A stretch of DNA of 58,677 nt from a virus (Duplodnaviria > Caudoviricetes). Every line of letters begins with the position of its first letter. The first letter of the stretch is position 1. The stretch covers positions 1 through 58,677 of IMG/VR virus record IMGVR_UViG_3300043429_001390; one strand, given 5' to 3'. The notes under the pieces were generated by a model. That model worked only from the letters and a program-made list of their open reading frames with translations, was not told the origin of the DNA and ran no database searches. A program made the translations under genes and the position numbers. Shown here in pieces: positions 18,177 through 27,242 of the stretch.

Positions 18177-19556
18177 TTACGAACTGATGACGTCACAGAA
18201 GAACGTGGCTCGGGCGTACACATCGTCGACGTTGATGGAGACCTGCGTGTAGCCCGTCTGGTACAGGTTGTTCCACGTGGCATCGTCATTGGGTGGCGCC
18301 TGCGGGATCGCAGACACCCTCCGCCAGCGAAACCACCCGGTCGGCGTGACGTCGGTCACCTCCGCTCCGTTCTTGAAGAGGTGCGCCTTCAGCAGCGTGG
18401 TCGTGCTCTGGCCCCTCCTGAAAATCGTCCCATTCGTCGACTCGATAGTCAGCGTGAATGACTGGCCGTCCGCCAAGTACACAACCCACCCAAGAGGCGT
18501 GCCGGTTAGCACGTAGCTCTTGCCGTCGGTCGAGTTCTTGTAGACCGAATTCTGCCTCCACGAGGCGCCGAGCTGAGCCTGCGTCGGGGCGCTCGCGAAC
18601 TCGCCCACGTAGTTCAGGGACGGCACCAGCGAGTTCGCGGCCACTGTCGACAGCAGCACGTTGTTGCTGTTGACGTTGACGTAGGCCGTGGATGAGATCT
18701 CGCCCGTGGAGGAGAAGACCGGGGTGCCGTCCGAGGAGAGAATGTTCAGTCCCCGAGCGTCTACGTCGGAGGCCGGCGTGTCTTTCGTGTACGCGGTGCC
18801 GTTCCAGCGGTACAGCTTGCCGGTCGTGGTGTTGAAGATGTTCGCCGTGACCCTGGTTGTCGGGATGGACGTAACGAGCGTGACGGGCTCGATGTCGTTG
18901 GCGAACTTGGTGGCGTCGACGGCCAGGGGCGCCAGCTTCGAGGCCGAGACGGACCCGTTCGCGAGGTTGCCGGCCTCCACGATCAGCGGGCTCAGGTCGA
19001 CGTTGCCGATCTTGCCTGTCGTCGCCTGCACGCCATTCGTGCTGTTGTACGGCCCCGTGACATCCGCAGTCGAGCGAAACCGCACCCAGTAGAAGTAGGT
19101 GACCCCGGTCGAGCCGATCGCGTCGCTGTAGAAGCGCGTGTCGGAGGTGCCGATCAGGAGCGCGTTGCCGATCACATCGGTCGAGCTGCGCCAGATCTCG
19201 GTGTAGGCGTGGTTGCCATAGCTCCAGGCGGCCCACTCCAGGATGATGAGCGCGAGGCCGGCCGAGGCCGTGAGCCCCGTCGGCTGGGGCGGGGGCGTGA
19301 GGTCCGGCTGCTCCGTGTTGCCCGACCCGAGGCCGGGCGCCGGTGAGATGTTGACCGAGCCGGACCCGCCGCCGCGGGAGACCACGGTCGCATCCGCGAG
19401 CCCACCATCGACGAGGTCGCGCAGCGTGACGTTCCTGTCGAGCGGGTCTCCGATCAGCCCCTCGCGCACATCCAGTACGTTCTTGACCGCGCGAGCAACG
19501 TCGCGCAGGTTCGCGTCGGTGGGCGCGGGGATCGCTGCTACGCGGGTCTTGGTCAT
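18177..19556 (-). CDS. Tail tip / fibre attachment protein with FnIII-like domain, 459 aa
   Basis: DLTPPPQPTGLTAS..LEW..TEIWRS..TYFYWVRF FnIII pattern; ATGA-coupled to upstream tail gene. Confidence 0.75.
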   Translation of the reverse strand: MTKTRVAAIPAPTDANLRDVARAVKNVLDVREGLIGDPLDRNVTLRDLVDGGLADATVVSRGGGSGSVNISPAPGLGSGNTEQPDLTPPPQPTGLTASAGLALIILEWAAWSYGNHAYTEIWRSSTDVIGNALLIGTSDTRFYSDAIGSTGVTYFYWVRFRSTADVTGPYNSTNGVQATTGKIGNVDLSPLIVEAGNLANGSVSASKLAPLAVDATKFANDIEPVTLVTSIPTTRVTANIFNTTTGKLYRWNGTAYTKDTPASDVDARGLNILSSDGTPVFSSTGEISSTAYVNVNSNNVLLSTVAANSLVPSLNYVGEFASAPTQAQLGASWRQNSVYKNSTDGKSYVLTGTPLGWVVYLADGQSFTLTIESTNGTIFRRGQSTTTLLKAHLFKNGAEVTDVTPTGWFRWRRVSAIPQAPPNDDATWNNLYQTGYTQVSINVDDVYARATFFCDVISS

Positions 19557-21175
19557 ACACGCCGCAGCTCTTCAATGGAAGTTGCCATGCTGACCTGCGA
19601 GACGTCGATGGCGCCCGTGATCTCAAGCTGCCAGTCCACGCCCCGGAACCCGCCGGGCAGTCGGAAGATGTTGGCGCTGGCCACGCTCTGCGTGTGGCGC
19701 AGGCTGCCGTCGACGTAGACCTTCAGGGTCACTGGGTACGAGCTCGCATAGACCAGGGCTGCGCCGAAGTTCGTCGGGTATGGCTGGCGGAACTTCTTCG
19801 AGCGCCACGTGTACGTCAGTGACGTACCCGCGTTGAACCTCACGATGTTGGTGCCCTGCGCCATGTACAGCGTGTCGCTGCGCGGGTCCGAATAGGCGGC
19901 CGTGATCGCCGTGGCGGCGTTCAGGTCGCTGGCCTGCATGGTCGCGCCCTGCCCCGAGAAGTCGAAGATGAGCATGCCCCGCGTGCCGCCGCTCGTCGTG
20001 TAGAGCATGTGGTAGCGGTTGTCGTGCACGTATGCCGAGATGCTCGACGGGTTGTACGCCTGCCACTGGTCGCGGGTCATGAAGTCCGACGTCAGCAGCT
20101 TGATGCCGCCAGGGCTGATGCCCACGAGGCCGTCGGGGCTCGCGTACATGACGCCGTCACCGGTGTCGACGATGGACCGCTTGGAGACGCAGGCCTGCGG
20201 CAGCTCCATCTTCTCCTTGCTCATCGCCTGCGGGTCGGCGCCGGACAGCAGGACCGGGTAGCTGTTGGTGAGCAGGACCGCGGACTGCCGGAACACGCCG
20301 ATGCCCACGATGGTCTCGTCGATCGGGTACAGGTGCGGCCACGCGTGGGGCAGGTTCGGCTCGGAGAAGTACGCCGTGTTGTCCTTGAACCCGATGGCCG
20401 CGCCGTTGGCCATGAGCTTCAGGCCCTTGAGCCCGACAGGCGGCGCGAACCAGTTGTCCGTGGCGAGCACCTCGCCCAGCAGGGACTGCGACACGGTGTC
20501 GGTGTAGGACGTGACGGCCACGGCGACTTCGGCCACGAACTGGAACTGCGCACTCGTGCCGGTCGCCGACGACCGGTAGATGCGCTTCTTCGTCACGTTG
20601 TAGCTGCCGGACGGGGCCGTCGAGGGCAGGCTCACAGTGACCGACGCAGAAGGGTCCAGCGTCACCGGAGTCGAGGCATCGCTGGGCGGCCCCTCCTCCT
20701 CGTACGCCGTCACGTACGTGTACACGTAGGTGCGGGTCTCCGCCGTGGTGCCCGAGCCGGCAGTCGACGATGTGATGGAAGGCGCGCTCGCGGGGGACGG
20801 AACCCCGAGGGTGTAGGAGCCGCCGGGGTAGCTGGCTCCCGACAGGGCGAGGGTGTTCGGCGCGTACTTGGGCGTGCCGCCGTCAGTCCAGTAGACCCGG
20901 CCATACGGGTCGCTGGCCACGGGCGAACGCATGACGTCCGTGTCGGCCAGGAACTCCAGCCAGTAGTTGGTCTCGGTGGCGTCGTTGCCGTAGCGCCAAA
21001 TGGTGGCCGGCGCGGTCTTCGTCAGAGCCTTGAGCGTCGTCGTGCCCTTGAGCGGCGAGAGCGCGCCCGACAGCAGTCGCGTGTTCAGCGCAATCGTCGC
21101 CTCCGAGTCCTTCAGAAGCTGAGCGTCCTGAACGGGCCGCAGCCCGTCGAACACCTTGATCGTGATCACGCCCAC
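19553..21175 (-). CDS. Tail nozzle / stabilisation protein, 540 aa
   Basis: TRTYVYTYVT..EEGPPS, RIYRS, FSEPNLPHAWP, YASPDGLV, WRSKKF motifs typical of podovirus tail tubular/stabilisation proteins. Confidence 0.7.
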   Translation of the reverse strand: MGVITIKVFDGLRPVQDAQLLKDSEATIALNTRLLSGALSPLKGTTTLKALTKTAPATIWRYGNDATETNYWLEFLADTDVMRSPVASDPYGRVYWTDGGTPKYAPNTLALSGASYPGGSYTLGVPSPASAPSITSSTAGSGTTAETRTYVYTYVTAYEEEGPPSDASTPVTLDPSASVTVSLPSTAPSGSYNVTKKRIYRSSATGTSAQFQFVAEVAVAVTSYTDTVSQSLLGEVLATDNWFAPPVGLKGLKLMANGAAIGFKDNTAYFSEPNLPHAWPHLYPIDETIVGIGVFRQSAVLLTNSYPVLLSGADPQAMSKEKMELPQACVSKRSIVDTGDGVMYASPDGLVGISPGGIKLLTSDFMTRDQWQAYNPSSISAYVHDNRYHMLYTTSGGTRGMLIFDFSGQGATMQASDLNAATAITAAYSDPRSDTLYMAQGTNIVRFNAGTSLTYTWRSKKFRQPYPTNFGAALVYASSYPVTLKVYVDGSLRHTQSVASANIFRLPGGFRGVDWQLEITGAIDVSQVSMATSIEELRRV

Positions 21176-21178
21176 TTG

Positions 21179-21640
21179 CTACTCCAGCAACGAACATTCT
21201 GCCTGTCGACGCCTAACAAGCCCGGGCAGAACTTTACCTCCTCCACGCACCCACAACAGCAACTGTTCTCGGGAACCTTCCCAGTCAAGCGCACGCAGCT
21301 TGCGCCGCAACGTGCTGGTCTGCAGCCGGCCGGCGCCAAGGTTGAACGTGAAGTCCACGATGGCGCAGAACGGCCGCCACTTGCCGTTGGCCACGCTCCA
21401 GGCGAAGAGCTCCGGCACGAGACGGATCACCGCAGGTGCGGACACCTTGTTGAGCTCCCACAGCAGCAGCTCCTCGGCGCGCTGCGGGGTGATGGGTGGG
21501 TCACTCAGCGAGACCCGCTTGCCGTCCTCGTAGTACGTGGCGCCGTAGCCGATGGTGGGGATGCCGGCAGGGCACAAGTAGGGCTTGAGATACAGGCCCT
21601 CGAAGTGCTTGCACAGCGCAATGGCAAATTCCAGCGTCAC
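21179..21640 (-). CDS. Endolysin, GH24 phage lysozyme, 153 aa
   Basis: FEGLYLKPYLCPAGIPTIGYG, FTFNLGAG, STLRRKL, LPGLVRRRQAE; GTG start overlapping holin stop. Confidence 0.92.
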   Translation of the reverse strand: MTLEFAIALCKHFEGLYLKPYLCPAGIPTIGYGATYYEDGKRVSLSDPPITPQRAEELLLWELNKVSAPAVIRLVPELFAWSVANGKWRPFCAIVDFTFNLGAGRLQTSTLRRKLRALDWEGSREQLLLWVRGGGKVLPGLVRRRQAECSLLE

Positions 21641-22134
21641 GCCAGCCCACGCCTTTGCAGCGTCCGGTCGAGGAACCAGTAGTTGATCGTGCCGCCCAGC
21701 AGCGCCGCGAAGTCGGCCGTCATCATGGTCTTGAAGACCACCTCGGGGGGCATGCCCTTGAGCCACGCGTTCCAGGCGAACCACACGTGGATGAACGACC
21801 AGACGAACAGGATCCAGTAGGTCACGACGGGGCGCACGCTGGCCGACAGCGAGGCGACCCAGCCGCCAGCGGTCTTGACCATCTCCGTCTGCTGCTCGAT
21901 GGCCGACTTGAACGCGGCGAGCACGCCGGCATCCACCGCCATGTCGCGCTGAGCGCCGATCTCCTGGAGCTTCTGCGCGCCGCGCACCTTCTCCAGCTCG
22001 CACTGCTTGTCGAACATGGCGAGCTCGTGGGCCCGCTCGTTCTTCTTGTCGAGCCACTTGAGGACCTCGGGCGCGAGGCGGAACAGGCCGCCGAAGATGG
22101 AGCCGATCAGGCCACCGCCAAGAATCTCACCCAT
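21637..22134 (-). CDS. Holin-like membrane protein (GTA 3TM holin-like)
   Basis: WVASLSASVRPVVTY followed by TM segments and YWFLDR; immediately upstream of lysozyme. Confidence 0.65.
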   Translation of the reverse strand: MGEILGGGLIGSIFGGLFRLAPEVLKWLDKKNERAHELAMFDKQCELEKVRGAQKLQEIGAQRDMAVDAGVLAAFKSAIEQQTEMVKTAGGWVASLSASVRPVVTYWILFVWSFIHVWFAWNAWLKGMPPEVVFKTMMTADFAALLGGTINYWFLDRTLQRRGLA

Positions 22135-22136
22135 GC

Positions 22137-22490
22137 TCACCCCTTCATACCGCTCTTGAAGTGCTCCCAGGCCGCGACGCACAGGAACGCCAGCGCCGCC
22201 CACAGGCCCATCGAGGCCGTCTTGGCGAACGCGTCCGACTTCACCTTGTCCCACCAGTTGGCCGACGCAATGGCCTTCTCGTGCGCCACCCGATGGCCGT
22301 GCGGGTCACCGTTCGGGAACGCCTCGGCAAAGGTCAGCTTGAGCTGCAGGAACTGCTTGTCCATGTGCGCCGTCAGGTGCTGCTCGTGCGTGGTCAGCGC
22401 CTGCTGCACGGCGGCCTGGATGAGGAGCTTCACTCGGTCTTCGGTGATCGCTTCGGTGCGGCGCTCCGGGCCGTCGTACGGTGGGCTCAT
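22137..22490 (-). CDS. Lysis-region membrane protein, 117 aa
   Basis: MSPPYDGPERR..FPNGDPHGHR..C-terminal TM; ATGA coupling. Confidence 0.6.
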   Translation of the reverse strand: MSPPYDGPERRTEAITEDRVKLLIQAAVQQALTTHEQHLTAHMDKQFLQLKLTFAEAFPNGDPHGHRVAHEKAIASANWWDKVKSDAFAKTASMGLWAALAFLCVAAWEHFKSGMKG

Positions 22491-22735
22491 AGGGTCAACT
22501 CCAACAATCCCCAGGCGACCCAGCCTGGTAGCGCGGTTGCGGCAGCGTCCCACGGGTCCGGCTGCCCCTCCTTGCGGATCCACTGGTTGACCTCGTACAG
22601 AGCGCCGTACGCAGTGGTCTGGAAGGCCAGGAAGGCCCCCGCTCCGAAGCGGGACAGGACCCAGTAGCTGACGACCACGCAGAGCAGCCAGAGGCAGCCC
22701 AGGCCGATATGCAGAAGCTTGTCGCGCGGGATCAT
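22487..22735 (-). CDS. Small hydrophobic membrane protein, 82 aa
   Basis: DKLLH..YEVNQ..DPWDAAAT pattern with hydrophobic stretches; GAGGAG RBS. Confidence 0.6.
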   Translation of the reverse strand: MIPRDKLLHIGLGCLWLLCVVVSYWVLSRFGAGAFLAFQTTAYGALYEVNQWIRKEGQPDPWDAAATALPGWVAWGLLELTL

Positions 22736-22752
22736 GGGCTCTCCTCGGGCTG

Positions 22753-23391
22753 TCACCAGATACGCTGGAGGCGAACCCGCATCGGCGCGTGGTTCATGCC
22801 GCCATTGACGAACGCGCGAGCGCGGTTGGTCCCGGCGATGAACAGCGCGCGGTAGGCCATCGCGCCGGCCGGGTCCGTGTACGGCTGGTCCGGTGTGAGC
22901 TTCAGGCGCGCGATGGCGCCGTTGGCGATCTCGTCGAGGTAGCGCTCCAGGACGAGGTCGTTGACGTCGGTCGAGGTCCGGGTCGGGGTGATCGCGATGC
23001 GCCCGGTGAGCCCGCTGTCAGCCTGCTCCGAGGGGTTGAGGGCCACCGTGATGGTGTCCGGGGTGAGCTGCGTGAAGACCCTCGGGGTGCCGGCCAAGCT
23101 CTGCCAGTCGCGCGTGTAGAGGCGCTCCAGTTCGAGCTGGCTCTTGCGCTCCATGCGCGCGCCCTTGTAGTAGAGCGAGAGCACCTGCGAGAGCACGTAG
23201 CCTGTCGGCACGGCCACGGTGTACGTGTTGTTGCCGGCGACCACGTTAATCGCTGTCATGTCCTGCTGCAGCACGAGCGAGTCTCGACAGAAGTCGATGC
23301 ACGCGTTGCGCACGGCCGTGACGGCCTGCGGCTCGAAGCACGCAGGCACGTACGGCAGCACGTGCGGCAGGAACGACTCGTAGGCCGCCAT
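22753..23391 (-). CDS. Head-tail adaptor / tail tubular protein, 212 aa
   Basis: FLPHVLPYVPAC..AVRNACIDFC motif; position after capsid and first adaptor. Confidence 0.65.
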   Translation of the reverse strand: MAAYESFLPHVLPYVPACFEPQAVTAVRNACIDFCRDSLVLQQDMTAINVVAGNNTYTVAVPTGYVLSQVLSLYYKGARMERKSQLELERLYTRDWQSLAGTPRVFTQLTPDTITVALNPSEQADSGLTGRIAITPTRTSTDVNDLVLERYLDEIANGAIARLKLTPDQPYTDPAGAMAYRALFIAGTNRARAFVNGGMNHAPMRVRLQRIW

Positions 23392-23394
23392 GGC

Positions 23395-24084
23395 TTACTT
23401 CGTGCCGCCGGGGAGGTTCGGGTTGAAGCCGCCCAGCGAGGCGTTCGGGTTGGAGGCAACCTCCGACGCCGTCTTGCCCTGCATGATGGCCTGGAACTGC
23501 GTGTAGTACGCCGTGGCGAGCTGTGCGTTGTTCGCGTACTCGGCGTCCTTGGTGTAGGCCCGGAACAGGATGTAGTTCAGAAGCGCCGTCATGTAGATGT
23601 CGTCGATGGTGATCGTGCTCACCAGCGTCGCGTCCGTCGGCGAAGCCACGTAGATGATCTCCACCTGATTCATGCCGGTGGACGGCTGCGGCGGGTAGAC
23701 GTAGAACGTCTTGGGGTCCAGCGGCGTGTAGACGTAGTGCTTGGCGGTCGCGCTGGCCGTCGAGCTGTGCCAGTTCTTGATCTGGGCGTCCAGGATCTCG
23801 CGCGTGACCACGCGGATGGCGTCGCCCGGCGTCGAGCCGTTGGTGCCCATGTTGCGCACCACGTCGATGAGCGACACGCCATCGGCCGGCAGCGCCTGCT
23901 TGGTGCCGGCCACGAGCTGCACCGGGATGTTCTTGACGAAGACGTTGGGCTTGAAGAGCGCGATCTCGCGCTGCCCGTCGTTCAGCCAGTCCAGCAGTTC
24001 ACTCTGGGGCCAACGGATGTTCGTCGGGTCCTGAAGGACGACGGCGGCGCGGTTGAGCAACGACGCCACTGTGGTGACAGCCAT
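23395..24084 (-). CDS. Head-tail adaptor protein (DUF6682-like), 229 aa
   Basis: LQD..RWPQSELLDWLNDGQREI..FYVYP..YILFRAYTKDAE; AGGAG RBS; follows capsid. Confidence 0.7.
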   Translation of the reverse strand: MAVTTVASLLNRAAVVLQDPTNIRWPQSELLDWLNDGQREIALFKPNVFVKNIPVQLVAGTKQALPADGVSLIDVVRNMGTNGSTPGDAIRVVTREILDAQIKNWHSSTASATAKHYVYTPLDPKTFYVYPPQPSTGMNQVEIIYVASPTDATLVSTITIDDIYMTALLNYILFRAYTKDAEYANNAQLATAYYTQFQAIMQGKTASEVASNPNASLGGFNPNLPGGTK

Positions 24085-24126
24085 TGAAGACTCCTGACTG
24101 CGTTAGGACTTACTCACATGCTAACA

Positions 24127-24148
24127 CAGGGGCCCCGAAGGGCCCCTG
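24127..24148 (-). terminator. Hairpin after major capsid gene (9-bp stem, UUCG loop)
   Basis: Minus strand CAGGGGCCC-TTCG-GGGCCCCTG followed by TGTT; weak U-tract. Confidence 0.65.
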
Positions 24149-24162
24149 CATCAGCTACTGCG

Positions 24163-25152
24163 TCAGCCCTTGACGACCGCGTAGGTCAGAGCTTCCGGCT
24201 TCACGGTCTTGCGACCGTAGATCATCAGGCCGCGCACCAGGGTCCCGAAGTCGTTCGGGTTGGGCAGGCTCTCGACCTTGTTGATCTGGCTGGCGAACGT
24301 CATGGCCGACTTGTGGCCGGCGATCATCACGTGCCGCTTGATCTTGCCGGCGTCCGCGCCGCCCGTGTAGTTCTGGTTGGCGGCGGCCTTCGGCAGCAGG
24401 TTCGACACGTAGATGTCGAAGCGGTCGATGCGCCCGATCTTGCCGTTGCGCAGGATCGACTGGCTGTCACCGGTGACGTACGCCTGGGCCAGGGGGGACT
24501 GCATCAGGAGCTGGCGCTCGTAGGGCGTCAGGACCAGGAAGCGGTCGCTCTCCGGCACGTTCTGCTCGTCCAGGATGTTCCCCATGGACACGATCGTGTT
24601 CAGGATCTGCGGCGCGTTCGAGGCCGCGGCGTAGTCCAGCGGCGAGGCGTCGGTGCCCAGGTTGTACTGGCCCGACAGAGCGCCGGCGGTCGCGCCGACG
24701 TTGGCCGCAGCCGCGTCGCTGAACGTCCCCAGGAAGCAGTCGGTGTCGACCTTGATCTTCATCTGGTTGGCCGCGTCCGTGGTGAACATGTCCATCAGGT
24801 TCGGCTGGGACTGGTACTCCAGCACGTCCGAGACGTTCACGCCGAAGTAGAAGCCCTTGTCGATCTGCAGCTCGATCGTGTTGGGCGTCGGCACCTCGTA
24901 CGACAGCGACTGGCCCACCGTGTAGGTGTTGATGCTGATCGTCGGGATGTTGTTGATGATGACCTTGTCGCCCATGTTCTTGATGTCGCCTTCCCAGTTG
25001 GTGTTGGAGACATCGCCGAAGGTCGTGTTCGCGTAGAACTTGACGTTCAGCTTGGACGACCAGATGGCCGGGATGAAGGTGCCGGAGTACGACGGGCTCG
25101 TATTGAACGGCGACTGGACGGCATAGGCGGCGGCGGGGGTGATGGTGGACAT
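24163..25152 (-). CDS. Major capsid protein, 329 aa
   Basis: FIPAIWS..NTNWEGDIKNMGDKVII..RNGKIGRIDRF..VRGLMIYGRK; follows scaffold; AGGAG RBS. Confidence 0.9.
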   Translation of the reverse strand: MSTITPAAAYAVQSPFNTSPSYSGTFIPAIWSSKLNVKFYANTTFGDVSNTNWEGDIKNMGDKVIINNIPTISINTYTVGQSLSYEVPTPNTIELQIDKGFYFGVNVSDVLEYQSQPNLMDMFTTDAANQMKIKVDTDCFLGTFSDAAAANVGATAGALSGQYNLGTDASPLDYAAASNAPQILNTIVSMGNILDEQNVPESDRFLVLTPYERQLLMQSPLAQAYVTGDSQSILRNGKIGRIDRFDIYVSNLLPKAAANQNYTGGADAGKIKRHVMIAGHKSAMTFASQINKVESLPNPNDFGTLVRGLMIYGRKTVKPEALTYAVVKG

Positions 25153-25199
25153 GGCAAAAGCTCCTGGTTCACGGTTTTCAACTCACCACCCCCGGGGAC

Positions 25200-26201
25200 T
25201 TACGGCGTAACCCGTCCCTCCACGAGAGCAGCGTTCAGCTCTGCTTCGAGCCGATTGGCCTCGTCCAATGCCCCCTTCTGCATCAGCCGCATCAGGCGAT
25301 TGCTCTCGACCTGATACTCGGCACCCGTGTAGGTGCGCTTGGTGTTCGCAGTGGGGGCAGAGGCGCTCGACTTGCTCGGCGCGACTTGACGTTGAAGCTC
25401 TTGCTTGGCGGGTGCCGGGGCCGGCTCCGGCGCCGGAGCGCTCGGGTTCAGCGTCGGGTGCTTGCTGAAGAAGTTCTCGAAGACTTCGAGAACCGTCTTC
25501 ACGTCGCGGCGGCTGGCTGCGTCCTTCAGCGCCATGTCCCACGTCACCGTGGTCCCTGGGATCCGGTTGCCGAGCCATTCCTGGCATTCGGCCGTTGCCT
25601 GCACTCTGTCCCAGCCCGGAAGGCGAGCATCGAGCGCCTCGAAGAAGCGTTCGTTCGCCGTCTTGGCCGTGGACTCCACGACTTCACCGACCTGACCCTT
25701 GGCTTCGGCGAGCTGCCCCTGCAGCGCCTCGATTCGCTCGATGTACTTCGACTCGCGCTTGCCGAACTCCTCTTTGGCTATGCGGCGAGCGAGGTCCACC
25801 AAGTCCTCACCAAAAGCGTCAACGTCCTTCTTGGTCACCAGATCGGCTTCAGGTGCGGGCTGGGGGGCCGGGGCCTCCTTCGCCTTCAACTGCTGCGTGA
25901 GCTGCGCCACCGACTCCGTCAGCGTGTGCACCTGCTGCTGTAGAGCAGGCACTTGGCTGTTGTACTGACCCTGCAGCGACAGGTAGCGCTGGCGCCACGT
26001 GTTGCTGTCGTCATCAGTCGGCTTCGGCGGATCAGCCGGCGCAGGTGCCGGGGCTGGTGCCGGGGCATTTCCTTGCGGGTCCTTGGGCGGGGTTTCCGAG
26101 TTGTCGGGCGGCTTGGGTTCGGCGCCGCGCGCCTCCTCAAGTTGTCGCTCGTACTGCTGTAGCGCATCGGCCTGCGCCTGGACCTGTTTCGGCAATGCCA
26201 T
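25200..26201 (-). CDS. Capsid scaffolding protein, 333 aa
   Basis: MALPKQVQ..WRQRYLSLQGQYN coiled-coil, Pro/Ala linkers, C-terminal EGRV; directly upstream of capsid. Confidence 0.75.
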   Translation of the reverse strand: MALPKQVQAQADALQQYERQLEEARGAEPKPPDNSETPPKDPQGNAPAPAPAPAPADPPKPTDDDSNTWRQRYLSLQGQYNSQVPALQQQVHTLTESVAQLTQQLKAKEAPAPQPAPEADLVTKKDVDAFGEDLVDLARRIAKEEFGKRESKYIERIEALQGQLAEAKGQVGEVVESTAKTANERFFEALDARLPGWDRVQATAECQEWLGNRIPGTTVTWDMALKDAASRRDVKTVLEVFENFFSKHPTLNPSAPAPEPAPAPAKQELQRQVAPSKSSASAPTANTKRTYTGAEYQVESNRLMRLMQKGALDEANRLEAELNAALVEGRVTP

Positions 26202-26264
26202 GAATACTCCGTCGCCGGCCCCGCAAGGTAGGGGCTTGGGCAAGTTGAAAACCGACGCCGGGCT

Positions 26265-26507
26265 TTAGGCCTTGGGCTGTCGGGACTTCTCGGCCACTGC
26301 GGGGGCACCCCGCAGCAGCTCGATCAGCTCGTACACCTCGGAAGCTCGTCCTTGCAGCTTCGAGGTCACGTCGCCGGACGAATCCAGCAGGTTCAGTTGC
26401 AGCCTTCGGAGTTCGGTGTCCAGCAGCGCCAGGAGCACCTCTCCATCAGGGTTGCGGGCCAGCCGCGCCAGTGCTTGGTACTGGTGAGCGTCCGGCCGGG
26501 TAAGCAC
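26265..26507 (-). CDS. Small head-module protein, 80 aa
   Basis: Helical ORF with LQGRA motif between portal and scaffold. Confidence 0.6.
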   Translation of the reverse strand: MLTRPDAHQYQALARLARNPDGEVLLALLDTELRRLQLNLLDSSGDVTSKLQGRASEVYELIELLRGAPAVAEKSRQPKA

Positions 26508-26508
26508 T

Positions 26509-27015
26509 TCAGCAGGCCTTGCCGTGCGACTTCAGCTTGCCCAGGCGGACCAAGCCGCCGGAGGCCAGTTTCACCACGGACTTGCCGGTGCGCTCCGACT
26601 CGGCCGCCTTCTCGTAGGCGGCGCGGCTGGAGTCGCGCATCTTCGTAAGTGCCTCGCGAGCGCTCGGGCTCGTCTCGGCAGGCATGTTTCGGTAGGCCCG
26701 GTCCACGGCGGCGTACTTCTCGCCCAGCCCCTGCGACAGCGAGCGCGAAGGCTTGGGGGCCGCCGGCTTGGACGAGGCCATCTCGGTCGTGTACTTCTTG
26801 CCCTTCCACTCGAAGGTCTTGGCGCCGCCCTTGCGCGCCGAGGCGAAGGCCTCCTTGAACGAGCTGGGCTCGGGAGACGACGTCGGAGCCGCAGGGCTCT
26901 CGCCCGAGGTCTTCGGGCTCATGTCGTTGACCACCTCGGTGCCGTCGGTCATCGTGGTGACCTCGCCGCCATCGGCGAAGCGGCCGACCTTCTTGGCCTT
27001 CATGAGCGACTTCAT
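26509..27015 (-). CDS. Basic low-complexity head-module protein, 168 aa
   Basis: FADGG.., SFKEAFASARKGGAKTFEWKGKKYTT, ends LASGGLV..KSHGKAC. Confidence 0.7.
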   Translation of the reverse strand: MKSLMKAKKVGRFADGGEVTTMTDGTEVVNDMSPKTSGESPAAPTSSPEPSSFKEAFASARKGGAKTFEWKGKKYTTEMASSKPAAPKPSRSLSQGLGEKYAAVDRAYRNMPAETSPSAREALTKMRDSSRAAYEKAAESERTGKSVVKLASGGLVRLGKLKSHGKAC

Positions 27016-27194
27016 CGGCAGGCCTTTCCGTGCGACTTGGCGGTCATGCGGGCCTTGACGGACCCACCCGAAGCGAACTTCACGCCCTTCTTGGCGTACT
27101 CCTCGCGCTCTTCGGCCATGAGCTGCTTGGACGCGCCACCGCGCCGGAGGGCCTTGGCCTCTTCGTTCGCGTGCTCTTGCAGTTTGCGCTTCAT
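27012..27194 (-). CDS. Small basic protein, 60 aa
   Basis: AGGAG RBS; ends FASGGSV..KSHGKACR; ATGA-coupled to next gene. Confidence 0.65.
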   Translation of the reverse strand: MKRKLQEHANEEAKALRRGGASKQLMAEEREEYAKKGVKFASGGSVKARMTAKSHGKACR

Positions 27195-27242
27195 GGGTTC
27201 AGCTCCTAACAGTCGCGGTTGTATCCGAAGTAGGTACTAACG

